In this document: in pieces, positions 16,475 to 25,887 of the stretch | How the letters are laid out: the number at the start of each line of letters is the position of its first letter | Position numbering within the stretch: the stretch's first letter is position 1 | Source: an uncultured Solirubrobacterales bacterium | GTDB taxonomy: Bacteria; Actinomycetota; Thermoleophilia; Solirubrobacterales; Solirubrobacteraceae | NCBI GenBank assembly: GCA_963715765.1 | Contig: OY970270.1 | Location: forward strand, 1,361,412-1,425,411 | DNA length: 64,000 bases | Reading direction: 5' to 3' | Notes under the pieces: model-generated | What the model was told of the DNA's origin: nothing | Database searches by the model: none | The model's input: the letters and a program-made list of their open reading frames with translations, nothing else | Program-made: the position numbers and the translations under genes

Positions 16475-18540
16475 GTGTCAGCGGAGACGGTGCGGGTTAG
16501 CACGGCGTCGCGAGCGAGGTCGGCCGGCGCATGGGCAAGGCGTGCGCCGCTGGAGACGGCCGGATGGGTGGCGCTTGTGCTGCTGGCGCCCGCGGCATTG
16601 CTGTATTTGTCGTTCAACGCCGGCGGCTACTTCCCGAGCGCGACGGGATTCGCGACGATCGTGTTCGCGCAAGCGCTCGTGCTGCGCACCGCGCTCGCCG
16701 AGCGACCGTTTGAAGGGTTCAGCCGGACGTTGGCGATCCCGCTCATCGCCCTCATGCTGTACGCAGCCTTCCAGCTGGCATCAGCGCTTTGGTCGCACGC
16801 CACTGCCAACACGCTGGACGAATTCGTACGCACGCTGCTTTACATACTGGCGCTCACGCTGTTCGGCTCGCTTCGCTACACGCGCGAGCGGATCGACTGG
16901 CTGGTGCGAGCATTGGTCGCGGGCCTTGCGGCCGTGTGCCTGATCGGCCTGATCTCACGCGTGCTGCCCCACACGTGGCCGACCGCCACCAGCTTCTTTG
17001 CCAGCCGGCTCAACTATCCGCTCACCTACTGGAATGCCGAGGGCATGGTCGCCGCGATCGTGCTGATCCTCGGCTTCCACCTGACCGCCGACCGCGCGGA
17101 GCACTGGAGCGTGCGCGTCGCCGCCGCAGCCGTGCTGCCAGCGGTCGCCGCCACGCTGCTTTTGACCTTCTCGCGGGCGCGATCGGGGTCACCGTGGTGG
17201 GGCTGCTCGCATACTGCCTGCTGACCCGCTTCAACACAATTCCCACGGCCCTGCTCGCGGTCGCGGCCCCCGTCGCCGTCGCCCTGCGCTCGGCATGGGA
17301 TGCCACCGCGCTCGCTACCACGCACCCCACCAGCGCCGCAGCCGTCGCCCAGGGCCGTCATGTGGCCGTCGTCGTGGTCGCCTGCATGGCCGGCGCCGCG
17401 CTGTTGCGCGCCGTGCTGCTGCTCGCCGACCGCCGGATCGCCAGCTTGGCGCTCGTGCGCACGCCGCCGCACCGTGCGCTGCGCGTCGGCGTCGGTATGG
17501 GTGTCGGGGTCGTGACGCTCGCAATAGCGCTCGCGGCAGGCGCGGGTGGGTTTGCGCATCGCGAGTACGACAAATTCGTCGACGGCACCAACGAAACACA
17601 CGCGACCCAAATCCGCGAACGACTTACCGACCCGGCCAACGACGGGCGCCTGCCGCTGTGGAGGGCCGCGGTGCGGATCTATGAAACGCAGAAGCTGCGC
17701 GGCACCGGCGCGGGCACCTACCAACAGTACTTCCCTCGCTACCGCACCGAATCGGCGTATGTGGTGGACGCCCACTCGCTGTATCTGCAGAGCCTGGCCG
17801 AGCTCGGCATCGTCGGCTTCGTGCTGATCCTGGTCGTGGTACTCGGCATCCTCGTCGGTCTGGCTGGGCGAATCCGCGGCCCCGACCGCGCGCTGTATGC
17901 GGCGCTGTTTGCCGTGTCGCTGGCATGGGCCGTACACCAGGCATTCGACTGGGACTGGCAGATGCCGGCCGTCACCCTCGGCGTGTTCATATTGGCGGGA
18001 CTGGCCCTGGCCCGCGCGCGCGACGGCAAGGTGGGACTCTCGGGGTTGGTCGTCGAGCGCACCTTCATCGCACTGGGATGGCTGCTGCTGGCTATCGCTC
18101 CGCTACTCGTGGCCACCTCCTTCTCGCGCCTGGAACGCAGTGCGTCCGAGCTACAGCGGGGAGAATGCACGAGTGCGCGGCACGAGGCGCTGTCCTCGCT
18201 ATCGCTATCTGCCAAGCGTCCACAGGCATACGTGATCGTCGGCGTGTGCGACCTCGAGCAGGGCTTTGCCCAGGCAGCGGTGCCCGCGATGGCCCAGGCG
18301 GCAACACTTGAACCGGAGAGCTGGGAACAGCAGTTCTGGCTGGCTGACGCACGCGCCGCCGCGGGCGTCGATCCGCATGCGGCGATCCGGCGGGCGCTCG
18401 AGCTCAACCCGCGCGAGGCGGGGCTCAGAAACGCCGCCCGCAAGCTGAGCTCGGATAGCCCGCGCGCGTGGGAAGCTGCCGCTCCGCGCCTGCGCCTGGA
18501 AGCGCTGACCTCCGGAAAGTTCGCGATCACGCACCTGTAG
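16475..18540 (+). pseudogene. O-antigen ligase/Wzy_C-family polytopic membrane protein with a C-terminal TPR-like region, split by a 1-nt frameshift near 17176
   Basis: Frame A (16475..17224) reads ...AATLLLTFSR and then goes out of frame. Frame B (inside track ORF 16789..18540) continues GAIGVTVVGLLAYCLL...HSLYLQSLAELGIVGF.... One extra G in the GGG run at 17175-17177 would restore TFSRGAIGV. Confidence 0.7.
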
Positions 18541-18647
18541 AGACAAAAACTTTTGGCGGGGCTGTCGGAAAACCGGCGGCCCGTTCGTATAGGCGGTCAG
18601 AGGATTTTTCCCCACGCACATCCACACCAGGAGGCCAGGAGACCGAT

Positions 18648-19580
18648 ATGCCGCGCAAACACGACGCACACAAGGATGAGTTGGAGGGCGTCGCCCAGCG
18701 CTTGCGCAGCGAGCGACCCGAGGCCAGCCCGCTCGAGCTTGACCGCATCAAGACCTCAGCTATGTCCCGTGCTCAGGCCGGAGTCAAGCGCACAGGCGCC
18801 GGCGCTCGTCGCTTCGCCGTCGCGGGCCTGACCGTCGGGCTGATGGCTGCCGGGACCGGCGGCGTGCTGGCGAGCGTCGGCAGCGGGGGGACCCACAGCA
18901 ACGCCGCAACCGCCCAGTACGGCAGCAGCTGCGACACCAACAACGGCAACGGCAACGGCAACAGCACCGGTAGCGGCAACGGCAATAAAGACGGCAACGG
19001 CAACGGTACGACCAGCTTCGCGTCCTATCTTGGCCACAGCGACAAAGGCAGCAAAGGCAGCAGCGGCGGTACCGGCAACGGCAGTGGCAACGGCAACACC
19101 AACGGGAACGACAACGGAAACGAAAACGGAAACGAAAACGGGAACGAAAGCAACGACGGCAACAACAACTTCAACTGCAACGAAAACAGCTTCAACGAAA
19201 CGACGATCAACGAAAGCAACACCACAACCAACAACACCACCAACAACATCACCAACAACTACTATCAGTCGACCGTGACCGTCAGTGCGTCCCCCGGCAC
19301 CGGTGGTGTGTCGGCGTCGACCAGACCAAGAAAGCCACGACCAGCACGCGGGACATCAAGATCCACATCAAAGTTCCGGGCAAATCAAAACTCAGGAAGA
19401 TCACGCTGAAGGTCAACGGCAAGGTCGTGTCCGTGCTGAAGGGCAAAAAGGCGTCGACAAACATCAAGCTGACCGACCTGCCCTGCTCTACCGGCACCGC
19501 CGGCACGACGGTCACGATCACCGCGGTCACGGCCAGTGGCAAAGTCATCACCCAAAGCCACACCTACCACCTGTGCTCCT
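18648..19580 (+). pseudogene. Membrane-anchored protein with an Asn/Gly low-complexity region and a C-terminal beta-rich domain, apparently frameshifted near 19320-19325
   Basis: ATG 18648 follows AGGAGG/AGGAGA. The TM helix is FAVAGLTVGLMAAGTGGVLA, followed by GNGNGN/NENGNENG repeats. Frame 0 ends in the implausible RPRKPRPARGTSRS (stop 19409). From 19325 another frame, with no start codon of its own, reads TKKATTSTRDIKIHIKVPGKSKLRKITLKVNGKVVSVLKGKKASTNIKLTDLPCSTGTAGTTVTITAVTASGKVITQSHTYHLCS* with high GC3. Confidence 0.6.
18930..19266 (+). repeat. Coding microsatellite-like region (AAC/GGC/GAA codon repeats) giving the N/G/T-rich low-complexity segment
   Basis: Runs of ggcaacggcaacggcaac and aacggaaacgaaaacggaaacgaaaac. 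The plus strand is A-rich in an otherwise GC-rich genome. Confidence 0.85.
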
Positions 19581-19627
19581 AGCCGCAAGGCGCACAGACT
19601 GATCGCAACGCTCGCATGAGGCACGAG

Positions 19628-19662
19628 CAAGGGCTCCGGGGAAGGACACCCCGGAGCCCTTG
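19628..19662 (+). terminator. Perfect 14-bp stem-loop downstream of the Asn/Gly-repeat gene
   Basis: CAAGGGCTCCGGGG-aaggaca-CCCCGGAGCCCTTG starts 48 nt after the TAG at 19578-19580. No U-tract follows. Confidence 0.6.
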
Positions 19663-19770
19663 TGCCTTGCGAGGACGCGTCTCACCTCAACGGCTCACGG
19701 ATGGAGATCAATGGCCCACGAAATGACACGCACCACATCCGCTCGCCTCGGCTCCTCGCGACCCGCCAGA

Positions 19771-20271
19771 ATGTCACGGCGCATGCGAACCGACACCTTC
19801 GAGCGGCTGTTCGAGGAGCACGCCGAGCGGCTGTTCTCGTTCCTCGCCTACCACACCGGCAACCGCACACTCGCCGAGGACCTGCTGTCGGAGACCTTCG
19901 AGCGAGTGCTGCGCTCCCACCAGCGCTTCGATCCACGACGCGGCAGCGAGCGGCGCTGACTCTACACGATCGCGCTGAACCTGCTGCGCGACAACGCGCG
20001 GCGGCGCACACACGAAGAACGGGCGCTGCAGCACGTGAGCGCCGGTGCTACACAGGAGCAGTCGGACCCCGCACTGGGCGCGGTGGAGCGTCGCGACGAG
20101 CTGCACCGGGCGCTGGCGCTGCTCAACGATGAGGAGCGCGAGGCACTGGCACTGCGCTTCGGCGCCGATCTCAAGCTGCGCGAAGTCGCACGCGTGCTCG
20201 GCGAGGGCGAAAGCGCCGTCGAGGGTCGCATCTACCGCGCGCTCGGCAAGCTGCGCGCAGAGCTTCAGTAG
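19771..20271 (+). pseudogene. ECF (sigma-70 family) sigma factor interrupted by an in-frame TGA at 19957-19959
   Basis: Track ORFs 19660..19959 and 20035..20271 are in the same frame with no other stop between them. Joined they read ...LAEDLLSETFERVLRSHQRFDPRRGSERR*LYTIALNLLRDNARRR...LLNDEEREALALRFGADLKLREVARVLGEGESAVEGRIYRALGKLR. The stop sits where ECF region 2 has its conserved Trp (WLY.IA.N). Confidence 0.7.
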
Positions 20272-20277
20272 CGCGCC

Positions 20278-20774
20278 CTACGGCGCGGCGCCGGAGGCCA
20301 CGCAACAGCCCCTGACGGTCAACACGCCCCCGAGCGGCGCCCCTTCGGGCTCGCCAGCCCCAAAGATCGAGCGGCTGGCGTACACGGTCACGCGATAGCG
20401 CACACGGGGAAGCCGCGGGTAGCGCACAACGCAGCTCCACGGATTGCCAAGCGCGCTAGGGATGGCCGACTCACAGCGCACGGCCAGCGCACGCGAGGTG
20501 TGCCCGCCCGCCCGCCCGCCATAGCCCGGGCGCGGGTCGCTCGTGGTCAGGATCAAACGCTCCAGCTGAATCGCGCTGACAGGTGCGAGCGCCTGCTGGG
20601 TCGACACAAACTGGGCGTTGTCTTCGCGGCCGTGCAGCGCCAGCACCGGGCGGCGATCCCCACAGCCAGGATCAGCACGACAAGCAGTCCGCCGTGCCTC
20701 ACGCGCAATATCCCACCATCCACAGCAGCATAAAGCCGCGCACCATCCGCGCGATACTGCCCTAGCTCGTCCAA
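20278..20774 (-). pseudogene. Small single-pass membrane protein, apparently frameshifted near 20646-20654 (alternatively two short ORFs)
   Basis: Track ORF 20553..20774 reads MDELGQYRADGARLYAAVDGGILRVRHGGLLVVLILAVGIAA and then loses sense. The frame of ORF 20278..20952 continues VLALHGREDNAQFVSTQQALAPVSAIQLERLILTTS...RYRVTVYASRSIFGAGEPEGAPLGGVLTV with high GC3. The junction lies in GCCGCCCGG. Confidence 0.4.
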
Positions 20775-20866
20775 ACCGGCCAGCAGCGCTCAGCCACACG
20801 CCACTCGCTGCCGATAGCGAGAGCGTGAGCCGCCCATCCACACTTCTCGGCAGCCTCCCACTGGTC

Positions 20867-21709
20867 ATGGCGTGCTCTTGCGCAACCGCAGCGGTTGCCA
20901 CCGCGGGCACGCCCAATCCATCCCCACACATCGCAACCCCGGTGGCACACATCGCGCACGCCGACAGGAGCGGCCACCGCCCAAAGCGGGCCTACACGAC
21001 CTGCGAGGTCGCGGCCAAACGTCACCGCAAGCACGCTCGGCGCTGCGTCAAGCCGCACAGCACGCACACGCGGGCCGCTGACAACACCCTCCCACGGTAT
21101 GACAAGAGTCCATCACACACCACAGCGCACGCACCCATCCACACCCATGCCAAGCGCGCCGACGGACCGAGCGCCATTGTGACCGTCAACGTGCCAAATA
21201 TCGCGGCCACGATCGCGAGCGTGCTGGCCGCACCCTGCCAGGGCACCGAACTGATGCCCGAAATCGGCAACCTCGCGCAGGTAGATGCGGCCACTCTGTG
21301 CCTGATCAACCAGGAGCGTGCACGCAACAACGAGCTTCCGCTGCAACCAAACGCGCAACTGGCGCAGTCCTCGCAGATGCACAGCGAAAAGATGGTCAGC
21401 GAAGACTACTTCTCGCACATCGCGCCAAACGGCGAAACCCCGCTGCAACGCATTCAGGCGACCGGCTATATCCCCAATTCGCAGGTCGGCTACACGATCG
21501 GCGAGAACATCGCCTGGGGCACGCTCAGCCTCGCCACGCCAAGCGCGATCGTGGCCGCCTGGATCGCCTCGCCCGAGCATCTCGCCAACATCCTGGGCAG
21601 CGAATATCGCGACACCGCGGTCGGCGTCGATCCGGCCGCGCCGGCATCGCTCGCCGACGGCCAGCCAGGTGCGGTCTACACCCAGGAGTTTGGCGTAATT
21701 ACCGGCTAA
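20867..21709 (+). CDS. CAP/SCP (PR-1-like, YkwD-type) domain protein with a His/basic-rich N-terminal region
   Basis: The C-terminal 150 aa read DAATLCLINQERARNNELPLQPNAQLAQSSQMHSEKMVSEDYFSHIAPNGETPLQRIQATGY...GENIAWG...AWIASPEHLANILGSEYRDTAVGV. The start is uncertain; the ATG at 20867 was chosen to avoid overlap with the minus-strand gene. Confidence 0.7.
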   Translation: MACSCATAAVATAGTPNPSPHIATPVAHIAHADRSGHRPKRAYTTCEVAAKRHRKHARRCVKPHSTHTRAADNTLPRYDKSPSHTTAHAPIHTHAKRADGPSAIVTVNVPNIAATIASVLAAPCQGTELMPEIGNLAQVDAATLCLINQERARNNELPLQPNAQLAQSSQMHSEKMVSEDYFSHIAPNGETPLQRIQATGYIPNSQVGYTIGENIAWGTLSLATPSAIVAAWIASPEHLANILGSEYRDTAVGVDPAAPASLADGQPGAVYTQEFGVITG

Positions 21710-21834
21710 TACGTTCGCTGGACATCTGTTCGGTCCGCCCGATTGGGTATCAAGTACGTGGGGGAAGCATCCGATCCAGTATTCAGCGGCCGAGGAATCA
21801 TCCAAAGCACGCGAATAGGAGCTTCGAGAGACCC

Positions 21835-22086
21835 ATGATCGTTTTGCTGATTGCAGCCATTTGGATCGCCACGCTAACGTTGGTCGTGGCAGCCTGCCGG
21901 ACGGCCGCGCGCGGCGATCGCGCATCGCGACGGGGGAGCATCGCCACCGTGGTGGGTCGCTCACCACGACTGCTCGACACCGCCGGCCCGCAAGCCGGCG
22001 CGCTCGTGCTCAGACTCGAGGACCGTCGCCAGCGCACGAGCGCACGCAGTGGGCACTCGGTCGCACGCTCGTCGACCGCCCACTGA
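21835..22086 (+). CDS. Possible small membrane protein
   Basis: ATG at 21835 gives MIVLLIAAIWIATLTLVVAACRTAARGD.... Only the TM helix supports it. Confidence 0.3.
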   Translation: MIVLLIAAIWIATLTLVVAACRTAARGDRASRRGSIATVVGRSPRLLDTAGPQAGALVLRLEDRRQRTSARSGHSVARSSTAH

Positions 22087-22095
22087 GACGCCGGC

Positions 22096-23622
22096 TCAGA
22101 GGCCGCGACGACAGAGCACGTAGGGAACCGTGCGCAGCAAGATCTTCACGTCGGTCCACAGCGACCAGTTGGCCACATACAGATAGTCGATCGCAACCAT
22201 CTCCCGCAGCGACACTGTGGCCGGGCCGAGGATCTGCCAGTGGCCGGTCATGCCCGGATGCAGAGCGAGACGGCGGCGATGCCAGCCCTCGATCCGCCGA
22301 TCCTCGTCGAGTATCAGCGGGCGCGGTCCCACAAGACTCATCTCACCGCGCAACACGTTGAACAGCTGAGGCAGCTCGTCCAGGGCTGTCTTGCGCAGGA
22401 TTTTGCCGACGCGCGTGACGCGTGGATCCTCGGCGATCTTGAACAGACCCTCCTGCGCTTCGTTGAGATCGGCCAGCGAGTGCTTGAGCGCCTCCGCATC
22501 GGGCACCATCGTGCGGAACTTGAACAGTCCAAAGGGCCGCTCACCGCGGCCAACCCGGGCCTGGCGGAAAAACACGGGGCCCTTACTGTCGAGCTTGATC
22601 GCGATCGCGATGCCGACCATCAGCGGAGAGACCGCCAGCAGGCCAAGCGAAGCGCCCACGAAGTCAAACGCGCGCTTGACCAGCGCCGAGGAGCGACTCA
22701 GGTCAAAGCGACGCACACCCATCAGCGTGACCCCATGCAGGTCGTCGAACTCGACCGAGGATCCGATCACCTGCAGCAGATGCGGCACGACGCTCACCCG
22801 TATGCCCACCGCTTTGAGCGTGCGCACCAAATCGAGCGTCTCTCGTCCTTCATTGCTGCTGGGCGCAACGATCGCGCGATGCACGTCAAGCGTTCCGGCG
22901 AGATCGCGTATCTCCTGCAGCTTCTCGTGCGAAAACGCGTCGGTCGACCACGGAGCTATGTCATCCGGATCGACGTGCGCCACGATCTCCGCCCTGACGC
23001 CCCCATGGTTGATCATGCGCGAGCGAATCGTCTCCTCAGACGCAGCACTGCCGATGAACAAGCAGCGCTCGACCGGCGCGGCTCGCAATGCCACCGCACG
23101 CGCCCCCACACGCCCGACGACCAGCAGGACCGCCAGCGCGATCCACAAGAACAGAACGTCCTCGCGCGTCAATTGCCCGTAGCCAAGTGGCCCCTGCGCG
23201 AGCCACGCCACCAATGCGCACAGCGTGGCGACCTGAAACAGCTTCGGCACCTCGTCGAGCGTGGTCTTGCGAATGACCGCCTCGTCGCGGTCATATAGGC
23301 CGAACACCTTCGCGCCAAGCACGACCAGTGGCAGGCCCGCTAGACACACTCGCCCGAGTTGCAGCCGTCCACCCGACAGCCCGATCGCAAGCGCAAACGC
23401 GCCCACAACCGCGAGCACGTCGCCAGCGAGCAGCATCCGCCGGAACATCGCGTCGCGCAGCACGCTCGACGCGGGACCCCGCGTCTCCAGGATCGAGACG
23501 AGTCCCCCTCGTCGCCGCCCAAGCCCCCATTGGCTTTGTGGATGGGCCGCCGCCGTCGCCGCCCCACCGAAGCTCGCTGGAGTAGCGAACTCCTGCTCCA
23601 CCTGACTACTTGTTGCCTCCAA
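22096..23622 (-). CDS. Polyprenyl-phosphate sugar phosphotransferase (WbaP/exopolysaccharide initiating enzyme, Bac_transf family)
   Basis: KRAFDFVGASLGLLAVSPLMVGIAIAIKLDSKGPVFFRQARVGRGERPFGLFKFRTMV...DELPQLFNVLRGEMSLVGPRP. Confidence 0.88.
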   Translation of the reverse strand: MEATSSQVEQEFATPASFGGAATAAAHPQSQWGLGRRRGGLVSILETRGPASSVLRDAMFRRMLLAGDVLAVVGAFALAIGLSGGRLQLGRVCLAGLPLVVLGAKVFGLYDRDEAVIRKTTLDEVPKLFQVATLCALVAWLAQGPLGYGQLTREDVLFLWIALAVLLVVGRVGARAVALRAAPVERCLFIGSAASEETIRSRMINHGGVRAEIVAHVDPDDIAPWSTDAFSHEKLQEIRDLAGTLDVHRAIVAPSSNEGRETLDLVRTLKAVGIRVSVVPHLLQVIGSSVEFDDLHGVTLMGVRRFDLSRSSALVKRAFDFVGASLGLLAVSPLMVGIAIAIKLDSKGPVFFRQARVGRGERPFGLFKFRTMVPDAEALKHSLADLNEAQEGLFKIAEDPRVTRVGKILRKTALDELPQLFNVLRGEMSLVGPRPLILDEDRRIEGWHRRRLALHPGMTGHWQILGPATVSLREMVAIDYLYVANWSLWTDVKILLRTVPYVLCRRGL

Positions 23623-23867
23623 GCTTGTCTCCCTGACTCGCGTTGAATGTTGAAACGGGAATCAGCACAACGACCGCCGGCATCTCGCCCGGTCGAAATA
23701 GTTTCGTGCTGACGCCTTCGTTTGCGTCATGCGTACGTCGGCGAATCTCCCTAAATTCCTCCGTTGGCTAACTCAAGTTGTCGCACGCTAGCCGCAGTAG
23801 GCTCGAATGTCAAGACTTCATCCTGCTATTCGGCAGAGCCGATTGACGAATCCGTTTCGCACGATTC

Positions 23868-24392
23868 TCAACCGGCGGGCGCCCTGAACGGCTCCTCCAC
23901 ACCCACGGTGCCGGGGCCAGAGAGCTCAAAGGCGCCGTGCAGCGCTTGCACGGCCCGCTCGACGCGGGCGCGGGTGATCACGCAGGAGATCTTGATCGGG
24001 GAGGTCGAGATCATCTCGATGTTGATGCCCTCGTCGTTGAGCACCCGAAAGACCTTCGCCGCCACTCCGGGGTGCGAGCGCATGCCGGCGCCCACGATCG
24101 ACACCTTGCCCATCTCGCGCTGGGTGGTCATACGGTCGAACACATCACCCGTCATTGCCTCCAGAGCACCGGTGGCCACTCTCAGGTCTTCGTGAGGCAC
24201 GGTGAAGGAGATCTCTGCCTTGCCGCCCGCGGAAGTGGGCACGTTTTGGTCGATCATGTCCACGTTCACGCTGGCCTCTGCAAGGGCCTCGAAGATGCGT
24301 GCGGCTATGCCCGGAACGTGATCGACGCCGATCAACGTGATCATCGAATCAGAGGTCGAGTGAGTGACGGCGGTAACGAGTGGCTTCTCCAT
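23868..24392 (-). CDS. lysC: Candidate in-frame aspartate kinase beta subunit (nested start)
   Basis: Internal ATG at 24392 ([12 protein letters not shown]...) is preceded by GGAAGGAGAGAAC. The nested product is 174 aa and covers the ACT domains. Confidence 0.55.
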   Translation of the reverse strand: MEKPLVTAVTHSTSDSMITLIGVDHVPGIAARIFEALAEASVNVDMIDQNVPTSAGGKAEISFTVPHEDLRVATGALEAMTGDVFDRMTTQREMGKVSIVGAGMRSHPGVAAKVFRVLNDEGINIEMISTSPIKISCVITRARVERAVQALHGAFELSGPGTVGVEEPFRAPAG

Positions 24393-25199
24393 GTTCTCTC
24401 CTTCCGACACCACGACGGTACCGGGACAGTCGTCAAACGACGAGCGACAGTGGATACGGACGTTTTCGTTGCGCGCATACTCCACCGAGCGCAGCTGCAA
24501 CACACCGGCTCCGGAGGCCGCCATCTCCAGCATCTCCTCGAAAGACACAGTCGACAGCTTGCGGGCGTCGGGCACGATGCGCGGGTCGGCCGTGAACACC
24601 CCCGCGACATCCGTATAGATCTCACATTCGCGAGCGCCCAGCGCAGCGGCGACCGCCACAGCGGTGGTATCGGAGCCGCCGCGGCCGAGCGTGGTGACGT
24701 CGTCGGCGGTTGACACACCCTGAAAGCCCGCCACGAGCACGATCGAGTCCTGCGCCAGGGCGGCCCTTACGCGGTCGGCGCGCACGTCGAGGATGCGCGC
24801 CTTGGTGTGGGAGGTGTCGGTGACGATCCCCGCCTGCGAGCCCGTCAGGGAGATCGCACGGTGACCCAGATCGTTTATGGCCATCGCGCACAGCGCACAG
24901 GAGATGCGCTCGCCGGTGGAGAGCAGCATGTCCATCTCGCGCGGGTCGGGGGCGACAGACACCTCCTCGGCCATCGAGATCAGCTCGTCTGTGGTCTTGC
25001 CGCGCGCCGATAGCACCGCCACAACGCTGTAGCCGGCCTCACGCTTCTCGACGATGCGCTTGGCAGCGCGCTTGATGCGCTGCGCGTCGGCCACGGAGGT
25101 GCCGCCGAACTTCATCACCACGATCTCGGACACCTCAGCAAGGCTACCGTTGGAGCACCGCGGCGTGCCGCCGCGGTGGAGGAGGGTGGGGTTGGCCAT
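23868..25199 (-). CDS. lysC: Aspartate kinase (alpha subunit reading frame)
   Basis: [24 protein letters not shown]...[16 protein letters not shown]...[16 protein letters not shown], with two C-terminal ACT regions. The true start may be a GTG at 25133 or 25121 rather than the ATG at 25199. Confidence 0.9.
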   Translation of the reverse strand: MANPTLLHRGGTPRCSNGSLAEVSEIVVMKFGGTSVADAQRIKRAAKRIVEKREAGYSVVAVLSARGKTTDELISMAEEVSVAPDPREMDMLLSTGERISCALCAMAINDLGHRAISLTGSQAGIVTDTSHTKARILDVRADRVRAALAQDSIVLVAGFQGVSTADDVTTLGRGGSDTTAVAVAAALGARECEIYTDVAGVFTADPRIVPDARKLSTVSFEEMLEMAASGAGVLQLRSVEYARNENVRIHCRSSFDDCPGTVVVSEGENMEKPLVTAVTHSTSDSMITLIGVDHVPGIAARIFEALAEASVNVDMIDQNVPTSAGGKAEISFTVPHEDLRVATGALEAMTGDVFDRMTTQREMGKVSIVGAGMRSHPGVAAKVFRVLNDEGINIEMISTSPIKISCVITRARVERAVQALHGAFELSGPGTVGVEEPFRAPAG

Positions 25200-25231
25200 G
25201 GTGGATCGCCGCGGTGTGAGGGGAGGTGCGC

Positions 25232-25882
25232 TCAGAGCGAGCGGCGCCCGGCGAGCGCCTTGCCGAGCGTGACCTCATCCGCGTACTCGAGGTCCGAGCC
25301 GACCGGCAGACCGGAGGCGAGGCGGGTGACCTTCAGCTGCGGAGCGCGAGCGTGCAGCTCCTCGGCGATGTGAAGCGCGGTGGCTTCGCCGGTGGTGGTG
25401 GGATTGGTGGCAAGTACCAGCTCGCGCACGGCCGGCGAGCCGTCGGCCGCGAAGGGGTCGCCCGCGGAGGCACCCGTAGAGGGACTCACGCGCGCGTAGA
25501 GCTGCTCGATCTTTAGATCCTCGGGCTCGATCCCGTCAATCGGAGACAAAGCGCCCCCCAGCACGTGGTAGAGGCCATGGAATTCGTGGGTGCGCTCCAT
25601 TGGGATCACGTCCGACGGCTCCTCCACCACGCAGATGACGCTCGCGTCGCGACGAGTGTCCTGGCAGATGCGACAGCGTGGCTCGTCGGCAAGGTTGAAG
25701 CACACCTCACACAGGCCCACCTTCTCCTTGACCTCCACGATCGCCTCCGCCAGCCCAAGTGCATCCTCGGGTGAGGCGCGCAGAATGTGAAACGCGAGCC
25801 GCTGCGCGGTGCGGTTGCCGACGCCGGGCAGCTTCGAGAGCTCAGTGACGAGCCGTTGGACGGGTGGAGCAAACGAGTTCAA
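25232..25882 (-). CDS. recR: Recombination protein RecR
   Basis: TTG at 25882 gives (M)[33 protein letters not shown]...[16 protein letters not shown] (zinc finger)...[16 protein letters not shown] (Toprim). Confidence 0.88.
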   Translation of the reverse strand: MNSFAPPVQRLVTELSKLPGVGNRTAQRLAFHILRASPEDALGLAEAIVEVKEKVGLCEVCFNLADEPRCRICQDTRRDASVICVVEEPSDVIPMERTHEFHGLYHVLGGALSPIDGIEPEDLKIEQLYARVSPSTGASAGDPFAADGSPAVRELVLATNPTTTGEATALHIAEELHARAPQLKVTRLASGLPVGSDLEYADEVTLGKALAGRRSL

Positions 25883-25887
25883 CGCCG

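Noticed and set aside
18930-19266. Short tandem repeats considered as a CRISPR or non-coding satellite
   Set aside because: The units are 3-6 nt codon repeats inside an ORF, with no spacer-repeat architecture and no cas genes.
19957-19959. Genome-wide reassignment of TGA to Trp
   Set aside because: TGA clearly terminates other genes here at sensible ends and with coupled restarts, for example fliS at 2738, fliD at 3118 and flgF at 9471. A point mutation, a sequencing error or local readthrough is more likely.
21113-21967. 284-aa minus-strand ORF
   Set aside because: Antisense to the CAP-domain gene, whose C-terminal domain is well supported.
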